A stretch of 64,000 bases of DNA. It comes from an uncultured Muribaculaceae bacterium (GTDB taxonomy: Bacteria > Bacillota_I > Bacilli_A > RF39 > UBA660). The notes under the pieces were generated by a model that had not been told where the DNA came from, ran no database searches, and saw nothing but the letters and a program-made list of their open reading frames with translations. This document shows, piece by piece, positions 9,648 through 18,006 of the stretch. The stretch spans positions 30,855 through 94,854 of the forward strand of contig CAYRLX010000003.1 in NCBI GenBank assembly GCA_964425325.1, in the 5' to 3' direction. A program made the translations under genes and the position numbers. Position 1 is the stretch's first letter. Each line of letters starts with the position of its first letter.

Positions 9648-10846
9648 ATGGCTTTTTCTAGTGGCAAAGTTACTTTTACTAAGGTGTATAATCCTTCTTT
9701 TGAAGAATACTTCATTTTTCCTTTATGTGCCTTTATTATTTCATTAGATAGTGATACTCCAAGTCCTGTTCCTTTTTGCTTTGTCGTATAAAATGGTTCT
9801 TTTATTTTTTCTAGTGATTCTTTTGTTATTACTACTCCATTATCTTTTATATAAATATTTATATTATTTTTCTCTATTTCTGTCCATATTTTAATAATTG
9901 TATTTTTTTTATTATCAAGAGCTTCTATACTATTTTTTAATATATTGATGAATACTTGTGTTAATCTATTGTAATCAGCATTTATATATATTTCTTCATC
10001 TTTTATTTTATTATCTAATTTTATATTTTTCCCTTTTAGTAATATATTCATACTTTGAAGTACTTCTTCTAATAATAGATTTATATCTATAATGTCTTTG
10101 TTTATTTTTTGTTTATTCATAGATAGAAAGTCTTCTAGTAAAATAAGTACTCTATTTATTTCTTCTTTGATAATTGGAATATATTTTTTTGATTTTTCTA
10201 TGTTTTTTTCATCGTACATGTCTAGATATCCTTTACATACTGCTATAGGATTTTTTATTTCGTGTGTTATTTTAAACAGCGATGTATGGATTTGTTTTTC
10301 TTTTTCTATTTTTTTTATTTTTGAATGTATATTAATTATTTCTTCAGATTTTTTTAATAGGTATACTGTAAAGAATGACAATGTAAGTTCTATTAAAATC
10401 TCAATTAGTATACTATAATTTATATATTTATAATACGTTAAAAATAATAGTTTTATTATACATAATGTTATTACTTGTTTATTTTCGTTTTTTTCTTTTA
10501 TTAATATGCAATAATATATAGTATACTCTGCAATTATTAATAGGATGTGTTTTTCGTAAAACCAGCTAAAATAAATAGTATTTATTATACTTATTAGAAT
10601 AGAAACTGGTTTATCCTTTTTATAATATGATATTATGAGTGGTATATCTACAATAAGTAATGGATTATTATTTATCGATAGAGAGTATTTATATATTAAA
10701 TACATTTGCATAAATATAATAATTATAAATATTAATTTATCTTCTTTTTTATCTATTATTCTTATGTATGCTGAATATAGTAAGTATATTAAAATTGGAG
10801 TTATTATAATTGCTGAATTTAATAGTATTAAGTCGAATATTTTCAT
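9644..10846 (-). CDS. Orphan sensor histidine kinase with a polytopic membrane N-terminus
   Basis: About 170 aa of multiple TM helices, then H-box 'HEIKNPIAVCKGYLDM', N-box 'INILKNSIEA', 'IKDNG' and 'GTGLGVSL'. No response regulator gene is adjacent. Confidence 0.85.
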   Translation of the reverse strand: MKIFDLILLNSAIIITPILIYLLYSAYIRIIDKKEDKLIFIIIIFMQMYLIYKYSLSINNNPLLIVDIPLIISYYKKDKPVSILISIINTIYFSWFYEKHILLIIAEYTIYYCILIKEKNENKQVITLCIIKLLFLTYYKYINYSILIEILIELTLSFFTVYLLKKSEEIINIHSKIKKIEKEKQIHTSLFKITHEIKNPIAVCKGYLDMYDEKNIEKSKKYIPIIKEEINRVLILLEDFLSMNKQKINKDIIDINLLLEEVLQSMNILLKGKNIKLDNKIKDEEIYINADYNRLTQVFINILKNSIEALDNKKNTIIKIWTEIEKNNINIYIKDNGVVITKESLEKIKEPFYTTKQKGTGLGVSLSNEIIKAHKGKMKYSSKEGLYTLVKVTLPLEKAI

Positions 10847-10900
10847 TTTTCTTCACCATTTTGATTATATTATTTTTCTTTGTCGATTTTTGTCGAAAAA

Positions 10901-10928
10901 AAGAAAAAAATGACTTTTTTAGTCATTT
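10901..10928 (-). terminator. Intrinsic terminator after the pilin-GtrA operon
   Basis: AAATGACT-TTTTT-AGTCATTT hairpin overlapping the GtrA stop codon, followed on the minus strand by a long T-run. Confidence 0.7.
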
Positions 10929-11348
10929 AAACACGATAAGTTTTGCTAGTACATAATTTGAGATAATGGCAAGTGCTTGTGAAGCTATTTTACAGGTATA
11001 GCTTCCACTTTTAAATAGATATATCATTATTTCTATTAGAATTATCTCGAGTATTAGAGTAGCTACTCTAGAAGCTAGAAAACAAATACTTTCTTTTAAT
11101 TTATTTGTTTCTTTACTATTGAAGACAAAATCTCTACTTGTAAAATAGGCAAATATAACTGAACAAAACCATGATAAGAAATTTGCTAGTTGTATATCTG
11201 ATTTTGATTGTGACGTAAAAATAATCTTAATAAGGATGTAATATGTTATTAATGAAACTGTTGTGGTTAATATTCCGATTACGAGGTAATTTGTTAACTC
11301 TTTTAAATTATTTACTGTGTTATTCTGAGCAGTTTTCTCTATATTCAT
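10923..11348 (-). CDS. GtrA-family membrane protein
   Basis: 141 aa with 4 TM helices. The 'NYLVIGILTTTVSL...Y' start and 'ISNYVLAKLIVF' end are typical of GtrA-like proteins. Confidence 0.7.
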   Translation of the reverse strand: MNIEKTAQNNTVNNLKELTNYLVIGILTTTVSLITYYILIKIIFTSQSKSDIQLANFLSWFCSVIFAYFTSRDFVFNSKETNKLKESICFLASRVATLILEIILIEIMIYLFKSGSYTCKIASQALAIISNYVLAKLIVFK

Positions 11349-11673
11349 ATTTGTATTTACTGTTATCCTTTGTTATAAAAATACAACCACTCATTTCTTT
11401 TTTTGTTTTTGGATTTTTTACTTCATCATTATTTAGATATCCTTCTGCTTTAAGATCTGCTATGGAAATAGAATCTTTAGAATAATTAGATTGCATATTA
11501 TCTATAGCCCATCTTTCCGCTGCTTCTTCTATTAATTTTACTTGTCTTTCGTATGCTTTTTCTCTCGATAGGTTTATTGCATTTATTATGTTTGGAGTTG
11601 TTATTGTTACTAGTAGCCCTAGTACTACTATTACTGCTAGTAATTCGATTAATGTAAAGGCTTTATTGTTCAT
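11320..11673 (-). CDS. Prepilin-type N-terminal cleavage/methylation domain protein (type IV pilin / ComGC-like pseudopilin)
   Basis: 'MNNKAFTLIELLAVIVVLGLL' is a class III signal with Glu at +5. Small globular head with 2 Cys. The gene overlaps the GtrA gene by 29 nt. Confidence 0.85.
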   Translation of the reverse strand: MNNKAFTLIELLAVIVVLGLLVTITTPNIINAINLSREKAYERQVKLIEEAAERWAIDNMQSNYSKDSISIADLKAEGYLNNDEVKNPKTKKEMSGCIFITKDNSKYKYEYRENCSE

Positions 11674-11773
11674 GGTATCACCTACTTTAAATTATACTTA
11701 AAAGCATATTAATAGTCAATTTATAAAAGTATTTTTCTCCAAAGACTTACATTTTTTTATATGTGTAAAGGGT

Positions 11774-11802
11774 TTGTATTTTTTATTTTGACGTGATAAA
11801 AT
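11774..11802 (+). promoter_or_regulatory. Sigma-A-type promoter for tmcAL
   Basis: TTGTAT, 17 nt spacer, then TGaTAAAAT (extended -10), about 25 nt upstream of the start codon. Confidence 0.45.
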
Positions 11803-11826
11803 ATAGTCGAATTTGGGGTGATTTAT

Positions 11827-12939
11827 ATGAAGAGTGTTGGCATAATCTGTGAGTATAATCCTTTTCACAATGGTCATGTTTTTCATATAGAAAAGGTTAA
11901 AGAATTATTTCCTAATCATTTAATTATTTTAATCATGAGTGGAGATTTTACTCAAAGAGGAGAAGTTTCTTTAATAAATAAGTGGAAAAAAACTGATATT
12001 GCTTTAAATTATGTTGACTTAGTAATTGAGCTTCCTTTTGTCTTTGCTAGCCAATCAGCTGATGTATTTGCTAGAGGAGCTTGTGATATTTTAAAATATT
12101 TAAATGTTGATGCTTTGGTGTTCGGTAGTGAAAGCGACAATGTTGCTTCTTTAGAAAAATTTGCCAAAGTGCAGGATTCTTTGGAATACAATAATCTTGT
12201 AAAAAAGTATTTATCTGAAGGTTTTAATTACCCTACTTGTTTATCTAAGGCTTTATATGATATTCTTGGTGAGAGTGTTTCTAGTCCTAATGATTTACTT
12301 GGTCTTAGCTATGTAAAGGAACTATCTGGAAGTAATGTAAAAGCTGTCTCTATTAAAAGAAGCAATGATTACTTATCTAAAAACTTGGATGGTGTTATAA
12401 GTAGTGGTACTAGTATTAGAAATGCTTTGGAAAAAGGGATAGATGTTAAGAAATATGTTCCTTCTTGCTCTTTAAAATTATTAAATAATGTTCATTTTAC
12501 TTCTGATTATTTTGATTTGATAAAATATCGAATAATAAGTGATGATATTTCTAAATATCAAACTGTCGATGAAGGCGTTGAAAACAGACTTAAAAAGGTT
12601 ATTAATGAGGCTAGTTCTTTAGATGAACTTAGGGAAATGGTTAAAACTAAAAGGTATACGTATAATAAAATAAACAGAATGCTTATTCATATTTTAACTG
12701 GTTTTACTAAGGAAGAGGCAAAGAATATAAAAACTGAATATATAAGAGTTTTAGGTTTTAATAAGGATGGTAAGAATTATTTAAAAGAAGTTAAGAAGAA
12801 TATTTGTATTCCTATTATTATGAATTATGAAAAAGGTAATAAGTATTTATCTATAGAATCTAGGGTTTCTTCTATTTATAATTTAATAAAAAAAGATGAT
12901 AATTTAAGCGAACATCAGCACAAGCCGATTATTCGCTAA
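11827..12939 (+). CDS. tmcAL: tRNA(Met) cytidine acetate ligase (YlbM/TmcAL, DUF795 nucleotidyltransferase)
   Basis: 'MKSVGIICEYNPFHNGHVFHIEKVK...MSGDFTQRGE' matches the YlbM/TmcAL N-terminal HxGH-like nucleotidyltransferase motif. Confidence 0.85.
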   Translation: MKSVGIICEYNPFHNGHVFHIEKVKELFPNHLIILIMSGDFTQRGEVSLINKWKKTDIALNYVDLVIELPFVFASQSADVFARGACDILKYLNVDALVFGSESDNVASLEKFAKVQDSLEYNNLVKKYLSEGFNYPTCLSKALYDILGESVSSPNDLLGLSYVKELSGSNVKAVSIKRSNDYLSKNLDGVISSGTSIRNALEKGIDVKKYVPSCSLKLLNNVHFTSDYFDLIKYRIISDDISKYQTVDEGVENRLKKVINEASSLDELREMVKTKRYTYNKINRMLIHILTGFTKEEAKNIKTEYIRVLGFNKDGKNYLKEVKKNICIPIIMNYEKGNKYLSIESRVSSIYNLIKKDDNLSEHQHKPIIR

Positions 12940-14356
12940 TATCATCTTTTTCTATTGTATCTATTTTCATGAAGTTAGTGGTTTTCTTACCGATGCTTTT
13001 TGGGAATCCTCCTGTTAGGATTAATTTATCTTTTTCTTTTAGATTTGCCTTTTTTACTGCTACATCTTTGGCTGTTTTTATTATTTTATCTAATGAGTTA
13101 AACTCTTCTACTACACATGGATATACTCCATAATTTAGGGCAAGTGATTTTGCTACTTTTTCACTCATACATGTAGCTATTATAACTGATTTTGGTTTTA
13201 AGGTAGCTATTTTCTTTGCTGTATAGCCACTAGTAGTTGCTGCAACGATAACTTTTATATCTAATAGGTTTGCTGTTTCAACTACGTTATGGGCAATGGC
13301 ACTTGGCACTGTATTTTTAGCAAATACGTTTTTATTATCATAATTATAATAACTTTCTGCAGTAGCACATGCTTCAGCCATGTATCTTACGGCATCTATT
13401 GGATGTTTTCCTAAAGTAGTTTCTCCTGAAAGCATAACTGCGTCTGTTCCATCAAGTACAGCATTTGCTATATCTGAGATTTCTGCTCTTGTAGGTCTTG
13501 CGTTTGTATACATTGATGCTAGCATTTCTGTAGCTACTATACATGTTCTTCCTATTTTTCTACATTTTTCAATAATTTGTTTTTGAAGTATTGGTAGGCT
13601 ATCCATAGGCATTTCTACCCCTAGGTCTCCTCTTGCTACCATAATTCCATCACTTACTTTAATGATTTCATCTAGGTTTTTAATTCCTCTTGAAGACTCT
13701 ATTTTAGATATAATCTGCATGTCTTCTCTACCTTGCTCTTTTAAAAGTTTTCTAACTTCTTTTACGTCATCCGCACTACTTACGAATGATAAAGCTAGGA
13801 AGTCTCCATCGTGTTCGCAGGCATATATAATATCTTTTTTATCTAATTCACTTATAAATGGTAAGTTTAGGTTAACTCCTGGTACGTTAACTCCTTTTTT
13901 ATTTCCTAAAATTCCGCCATCTATTATTTCACAGTTTACTCCGTTTTTTAATTTTTTTATCACTTTTAATTTCATAAGACCATCTTCTAGTAGTATTTCA
14001 TTTCCTACTTCTACTGAGTCTAACGCATCTTTATAGTTTACTGTGAAAGCTTCTTCTGTTCCTAATATGTCATCTTTAACTACTTTAATTTGTTTTCCAC
14101 TTTCTAATTTGATAGAATCATTTTTCATCATTCCAGTTCTAAAATCTGGACCTTTTGTATCAAATAAAACTGCGATGTGTTTATCCATCTCTTCATTAAT
14201 TCTTTTTACTAATCCTAATACTGTTTTTTTCTCATCTTCTGTTGCATGTGAAAAATTAATTCTAGCAACGTTCATTCCATTTAATACCATTTGTTTAAAT
14301 GTTTCATAGTCATAGCTGCTTGGTCCTATTGAGCATATAATTTTTGTTTTTTTCAT
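12929..14356 (-). CDS. pyk: Pyruvate kinase
   Basis: 475 aa. 'KKTKIICSIGPSS', 'NVARINFSHA', 'DTKGPDFRTG', 'MVARGDLGVE' and 'ATEMLASM' are canonical PK motifs. Confidence 0.95.
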   Translation of the reverse strand: MKKTKIICSIGPSSYDYETFKQMVLNGMNVARINFSHATEDEKKTVLGLVKRINEEMDKHIAVLFDTKGPDFRTGMMKNDSIKLESGKQIKVVKDDILGTEEAFTVNYKDALDSVEVGNEILLEDGLMKLKVIKKLKNGVNCEIIDGGILGNKKGVNVPGVNLNLPFISELDKKDIIYACEHDGDFLALSFVSSADDVKEVRKLLKEQGREDMQIISKIESSRGIKNLDEIIKVSDGIMVARGDLGVEMPMDSLPILQKQIIEKCRKIGRTCIVATEMLASMYTNARPTRAEISDIANAVLDGTDAVMLSGETTLGKHPIDAVRYMAEACATAESYYNYDNKNVFAKNTVPSAIAHNVVETANLLDIKVIVAATTSGYTAKKIATLKPKSVIIATCMSEKVAKSLALNYGVYPCVVEEFNSLDKIIKTAKDVAVKKANLKEKDKLILTGGFPKSIGKKTTNFMKIDTIEKDDISE

Positions 14357-14357
14357 A

Positions 14358-14933
14358 CTATCCTCTCCTACTTCTCTCTTTTTTCAATATATTTTTTTTA
14401 CATTTTTCTTTATCGGTACAATCTGTTAATTCATTATTCCGAGATTTAAATATTTCTTTTAATCTTTTTGTTTCTTCTTGCAAATTTTTTCTTATACGTT
14501 CAGTGTTTGGTTGTTCAATCCCTAGCATTATGTCATTAAAATCTATAAACTTACTTGAGACTTCTTGTGAAATTTTTATGTGAAGATGTCCAAAGTTTAC
14601 TGGATTTAATCCTATTAATTCATAGCTAATATCATTGTATTTAATGTAGTAAATAAATTTTGTTCCAATTCTTTCATCTAATTCAGGACTAATGTAGTTT
14701 TCTCTCATATATTTTTCAATATTTTCAAAAAACCAGCCTAAATTTTTTGCATTTTTAATGTCTTCTTCATCATCCAAAACATCTATTATATCTTGCACTT
14801 CAAAATCTTGATATCGGCTTACGAATTTTTCAAACCATTCAATGTATTCCTTTGTAAATAAAAGATCACGCATTTTGATTTTTTTTCTTTCAAACTCTTT
14901 TTCATATTCAAACTCTTCTTTACTAATGTACAC
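14358..14933 (-). CDS. Hypothetical protein (191 aa)
   Basis: ORF packed between mutM (11-nt overlap) and pyk (1-nt gap). Acidic N-terminal half and basic K/R-rich tail. No family recognised. Confidence 0.55.
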   Translation of the reverse strand: MYISKEEFEYEKEFERKKIKMRDLLFTKEYIEWFEKFVSRYQDFEVQDIIDVLDDEEDIKNAKNLGWFFENIEKYMRENYISPELDERIGTKFIYYIKYNDISYELIGLNPVNFGHLHIKISQEVSSKFIDFNDIMLGIEQPNTERIRKNLQEETKRLKEIFKSRNNELTDCTDKEKCKKNILKKERSRRG

Positions 14934-15756
14934 TCCCCTGAATAACCTCCTTTTGACAATTCTTGCAGTAGTATGTTCCTCTTCCCCCTACTGTAATTTT
15001 TGTTATTTTGCCTTTGCATATTTGACATGTTTCTTTTGTGTGAACGAGCAAATGTGATTGAAATCTTCCATGTACTCCTTCACTTGATGTATAGCTTTTA
15101 ACAGTGGTTCCGCCTTTTTTAATTGCTTCTTCAAGTATTTTTCTTGTGTATTTTATTATGCTGTCGCATTCTTTATCAGTTAGGTCAGGCGCTAATTTTT
15201 TGGGATTTATCTTTGATAAAAACAATATTTCATCAGCATATATATTTCCTATTCCTACTATTATGCTTTGATCTAAAAGCTCTGTTTTTATAGGCTTTTT
15301 ATGGAAATGTTTTTTTAAGTAATCTTTTGTAAGTCTTTTATCCCAAGGTTCTAGTCCTAAATCTTTTAATGGTTTTACTTTAAATACTTCTTCTTTATTT
15401 AGCAAATACATCTTCCCAAATTTTCTTGTATCTGCATATCTAAGGTCAGTTCCATCATTTAGGTGGAAGAAAACGTGGTGGTGTTTTTCTTTTGGATCAT
15501 TAGTATTTCTAATGAAGTATTTACCTTCCATTCTTAGATGACTTAATAAGTAATAATCATTTAATTCAAACATTAGCCATTTCCCATATCTATCTATATT
15601 CATTATGGTTTGATTTTTTATTTTTCTTTCAAACTCTTTTACTTTTGGATATGCGATTATATTATCCCAATAGATAGATGCGAATAGGATTTTCTTATTT
15701 AACACTTCTTTTTTAAGAACTCTTCTTACTGTTTCCACTTCAGGTAATTCTGGCAT
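14923..15756 (-). CDS. mutM: Formamidopyrimidine-DNA glycosylase
   Basis: 'MPELPEVETVRR' catalytic N-terminus, H2TH region, and a C-terminal zinc finger 'CQICKGKI...GRGTYYCKNCQ'. Confidence 0.95.
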   Translation of the reverse strand: MPELPEVETVRRVLKKEVLNKKILFASIYWDNIIAYPKVKEFERKIKNQTIMNIDRYGKWLMFELNDYYLLSHLRMEGKYFIRNTNDPKEKHHHVFFHLNDGTDLRYADTRKFGKMYLLNKEEVFKVKPLKDLGLEPWDKRLTKDYLKKHFHKKPIKTELLDQSIIVGIGNIYADEILFLSKINPKKLAPDLTDKECDSIIKYTRKILEEAIKKGGTTVKSYTSSEGVHGRFQSHLLVHTKETCQICKGKITKITVGGRGTYYCKNCQKEVIQGSVH

Positions 15757-15827
15757 AACCTCACCTACTTCGCAATAATTTTTACCACTTGTTAAAAATT
15801 TATCACAATGATAATTATACCATATTT

Positions 15828-16103
15828 TTACTTGTTTTTTACATTATTTAGCTTTGTTTTAAGAAATTCTTCGTATTTTTTTAGCCCATATTCTTTATTG
15901 TAATAGTTTGGATATTCATTGAGGTGTGCGAGAGCTATTTTTGAAGTTATAATTAGGTCATCATTTGTCACGTTTGTTAATTCATTTATACTACCATGTT
16001 CTGATTCTATATTAATTCCTTCTAGAAAATCTTCTATGGAAAATTTGTTAAATGGTATATTTAATAGTCTTGATGCATATATTGCATCATTTATGTTATA
16101 CAT
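15828..16103 (-). CDS. DUF5661-like small protein
   Basis: 'GINIESEHGSINELTNVTNDDLIITSKIALAHLNEYPNYY' resembles the DUF5661 signature. The likely start is the ATG at 16103, preceded by GGTGA; the ORF can extend to 16115. Confidence 0.55.
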   Translation of the reverse strand: MYNINDAIYASRLLNIPFNKFSIEDFLEGINIESEHGSINELTNVTNDDLIITSKIALAHLNEYPNYYNKEYGLKKYEEFLKTKLNNVKNK

Positions 16104-16145
16104 TTTCATCACCATATTTATTTTATGAAAAATTGATAGTTTTGT

Positions 16146-16174
16146 TTGTAAAAATGGTTGAAATGTGCTAAAAT
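16146..16174 (+). promoter_or_regulatory. Sigma-A-type promoter of the serS leader
   Basis: TTGTAA, 17 nt spacer, then TGcTAAAAT (extended -10). Confidence 0.55.
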
Positions 16175-16180
16175 AGTTTT

Positions 16181-16386
16181 GTTAGTTTTTAAAACTGTGA
16201 TAAAGATTAGTAATATAATGTTTTATTTACAAGAGAGTTAGTGGATGGTGCAAACTAATAATAAACTTATATGAATCTACTTTGGAGTGAGGTTAATAAC
16301 CTCCGGCCTTGCCGTTATGTTAATTAAGACTATTATTAGGATGGTACCACATTTTATATGTTCCTATATAATAGTCTTTTTATTTT
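16181..16386 (+). promoter_or_regulatory. T-box riboswitch leader (serine specifier)
   Basis: AGAGAG (AG bay) and GGTGCAA distal-loop motifs near 16231-16250. Candidate specifier GAA-TCT-A (TCT at 16276-16278). GAGGTT/AACCTC stem III. T-box core ATTAGGATGGTACCAC (16335-16350). Long helix 16326-16342/16362-16378 followed by a T-run. Confidence 0.8.
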
Positions 16387-16400
16387 AAGGAGTGATAATT

Positions 16401-16640
16401 ATGGATGATTTTATTGAATTTGATGAAATTCAAAGGATTACAGATGAGGCTAATAAAGTTCAAGAGGAACTTAATCATTTAATTTTTCTTAGATCCTCGG
16501 GCAATCATGATTTTAGTAATATTGATTTTTTAATTAGTGATAAAAAACATGAATTAGTTGAGCTTAGGTTTAAGCTTGAGCTTACAAAAAATGAAATGGG
16601 AGATGAATATGATAGATATCAAAATTATAAGAGAAAATAA
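16401..16640 (+). CDS. Small acidic helical protein (79 aa) between the T-box and serS
   Basis: AAGGAG RBS 8 nt upstream of the ATG. An open frame of 79 codons is unlikely by chance in DNA this AT-rich. Its 3' end overlaps the serS start by 32 nt in another frame. No family recognised. Confidence 0.55.
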   Translation: MDDFIEFDEIQRITDEANKVQEELNHLIFLRSSGNHDFSNIDFLISDKKHELVELRFKLELTKNEMGDEYDRYQNYKRK

Positions 16641-17892
16641 AGATTTAGTTAAAGAAAATATAAAGAAAAAATTTCAAGATCATAAGCTTCCTTTAGTTGA
16701 TGAGGTTTTTGAGCTTGATAAAAAGGTGCGCGAGGTTCAAACTAAGGGTGATGAACTTAGAGCTCTTAAGAATAAGAAAAGCACAGAAATTGGAGCTTTA
16801 ATGCGTGAGGGTAAAAAAGATGAAGCTGAAAATGTAAAAAAAGAAATTAGTAAATATGGTGAGGAAATAGCTTCACTTGAAGAAGAATTTACTACTCTTA
16901 GCTCTAAAATAAAACAGGACATGATGCTTATTCCAAATATTATAGCTGACGATGTTCCAATTGGAGAAGATGATACTAAGAATGTAGAGATTGAGAAGTT
17001 TGGCGATCCAATTGTTCCTGAATACGAGATTCCACATCATGCGGATATATGTGCGAGATTAAATGGTTTGGATAAAGAAAGTGCGGGCAGAACTTCTGGT
17101 AATGGATTTTACTATTTACTTGGAGACATTGCAAGACTACACTCTGCTATGCTTAGTTATGCTAGAGATTTTATGATTGATAAAGGTTTTACTTATGCAA
17201 TTCCACCTTTCATGATTAGAAGTGATGTCGTTACTGGTGTTATGAGTTTTGAAGAGATGGATGACATGATGTATAAAATCGAAGGTGAAGATTTATATTT
17301 AATTGGTACTTCTGAACATTCTATGATTGGTAGGTTTAAAGATCAAATAGTAAATGAAAAGGAACTACCTATTACTATGACTTCATACTCTCCTTGTTTT
17401 AGAAAAGAAGTTGGAGCTCATGGTATTGAAGAACGCGGGCTATACAGAGTTCATCAATTTGAAAAACAGGAAATGGTTGTTTTATGCAAACCTGAAGAAG
17501 GAATGGACTGGTATAATAAAATGTGGTCTTATACTGTGGAATTCTTTAGAAGTTTAGATGTTCCTGTTAGAACTTTGGAATGCTGCTCTGGTGATTTAGC
17601 TGATTTAAAGGTTAAATCATGTGATGTTGAGGCTTGGTCTCCTCGTCAGAAAAAATATTTTGAAGTTGGTTCTTGTTCAATACTTGGGGACGCTCAAGCT
17701 AGAAGGCTTGGAATAAGAATGAAAACTGATAAAGGTAACGAATATGTAACTACTTTAAATAACACAGTCTTAGCTACTCCTCGTGGTTTAATTGGAGTTA
17801 TTGAAAACAATTATAATGAGGATGGAAGTATTAATATTCCTGAAGCGTTAAGACCTTACATGGGTGGAAAGGAAAAAATCGAGGTTAAATAA
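16609..17892 (+). CDS. serS: Serine--tRNA ligase
   Basis: 'MIDIKIIRENKDLVKENIKKK' N-terminal coiled-coil arm, then class II core motifs ('FRKEVGAHG', 'RVHQFEKQE', 'GSCS...D.QARR', 'NNTVLATPR'). GGGAG RBS before the ATG at 16609 (alternative start at 16603). Confidence 0.93.
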   Translation: MIDIKIIRENKDLVKENIKKKFQDHKLPLVDEVFELDKKVREVQTKGDELRALKNKKSTEIGALMREGKKDEAENVKKEISKYGEEIASLEEEFTTLSSKIKQDMMLIPNIIADDVPIGEDDTKNVEIEKFGDPIVPEYEIPHHADICARLNGLDKESAGRTSGNGFYYLLGDIARLHSAMLSYARDFMIDKGFTYAIPPFMIRSDVVTGVMSFEEMDDMMYKIEGEDLYLIGTSEHSMIGRFKDQIVNEKELPITMTSYSPCFRKEVGAHGIEERGLYRVHQFEKQEMVVLCKPEEGMDWYNKMWSYTVEFFRSLDVPVRTLECCSGDLADLKVKSCDVEAWSPRQKKYFEVGSCSILGDAQARRLGIRMKTDKGNEYVTTLNNTVLATPRGLIGVIENNYNEDGSINIPEALRPYMGGKEKIEVK

Positions 17893-17945
17893 TTTAAAAA
17901 GTCAATATTTAGAGGTATTTTCTATTTATTGATTTTTTTATGAGA

Positions 17946-17968
17946 AAAGTTCCTATTTTAGGAACTTT
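17946..17968. terminator. Hairpin between convergent serS and the CDF transporter gene
   Basis: AAAGTTCCT-ATTTT-AGGAACTTT perfect 9-bp stem. On the minus strand it is followed by TTTTCTC. Confidence 0.45.
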
Positions 17969-18006
17969 ACAGTTTTAAATATTTTGTAAATCTTTGGAGA
18001 ATAGTA

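Noticed and set aside
16558-16608. Longer serS start (MSLGLSLSLQKMKWEMN...)
   Set aside because: The canonical SerRS N-terminus 'MIDIKIIRENKD' begins at 16609, preceded by GGGAG. The extension is simply the alternative frame of the small upstream ORF.
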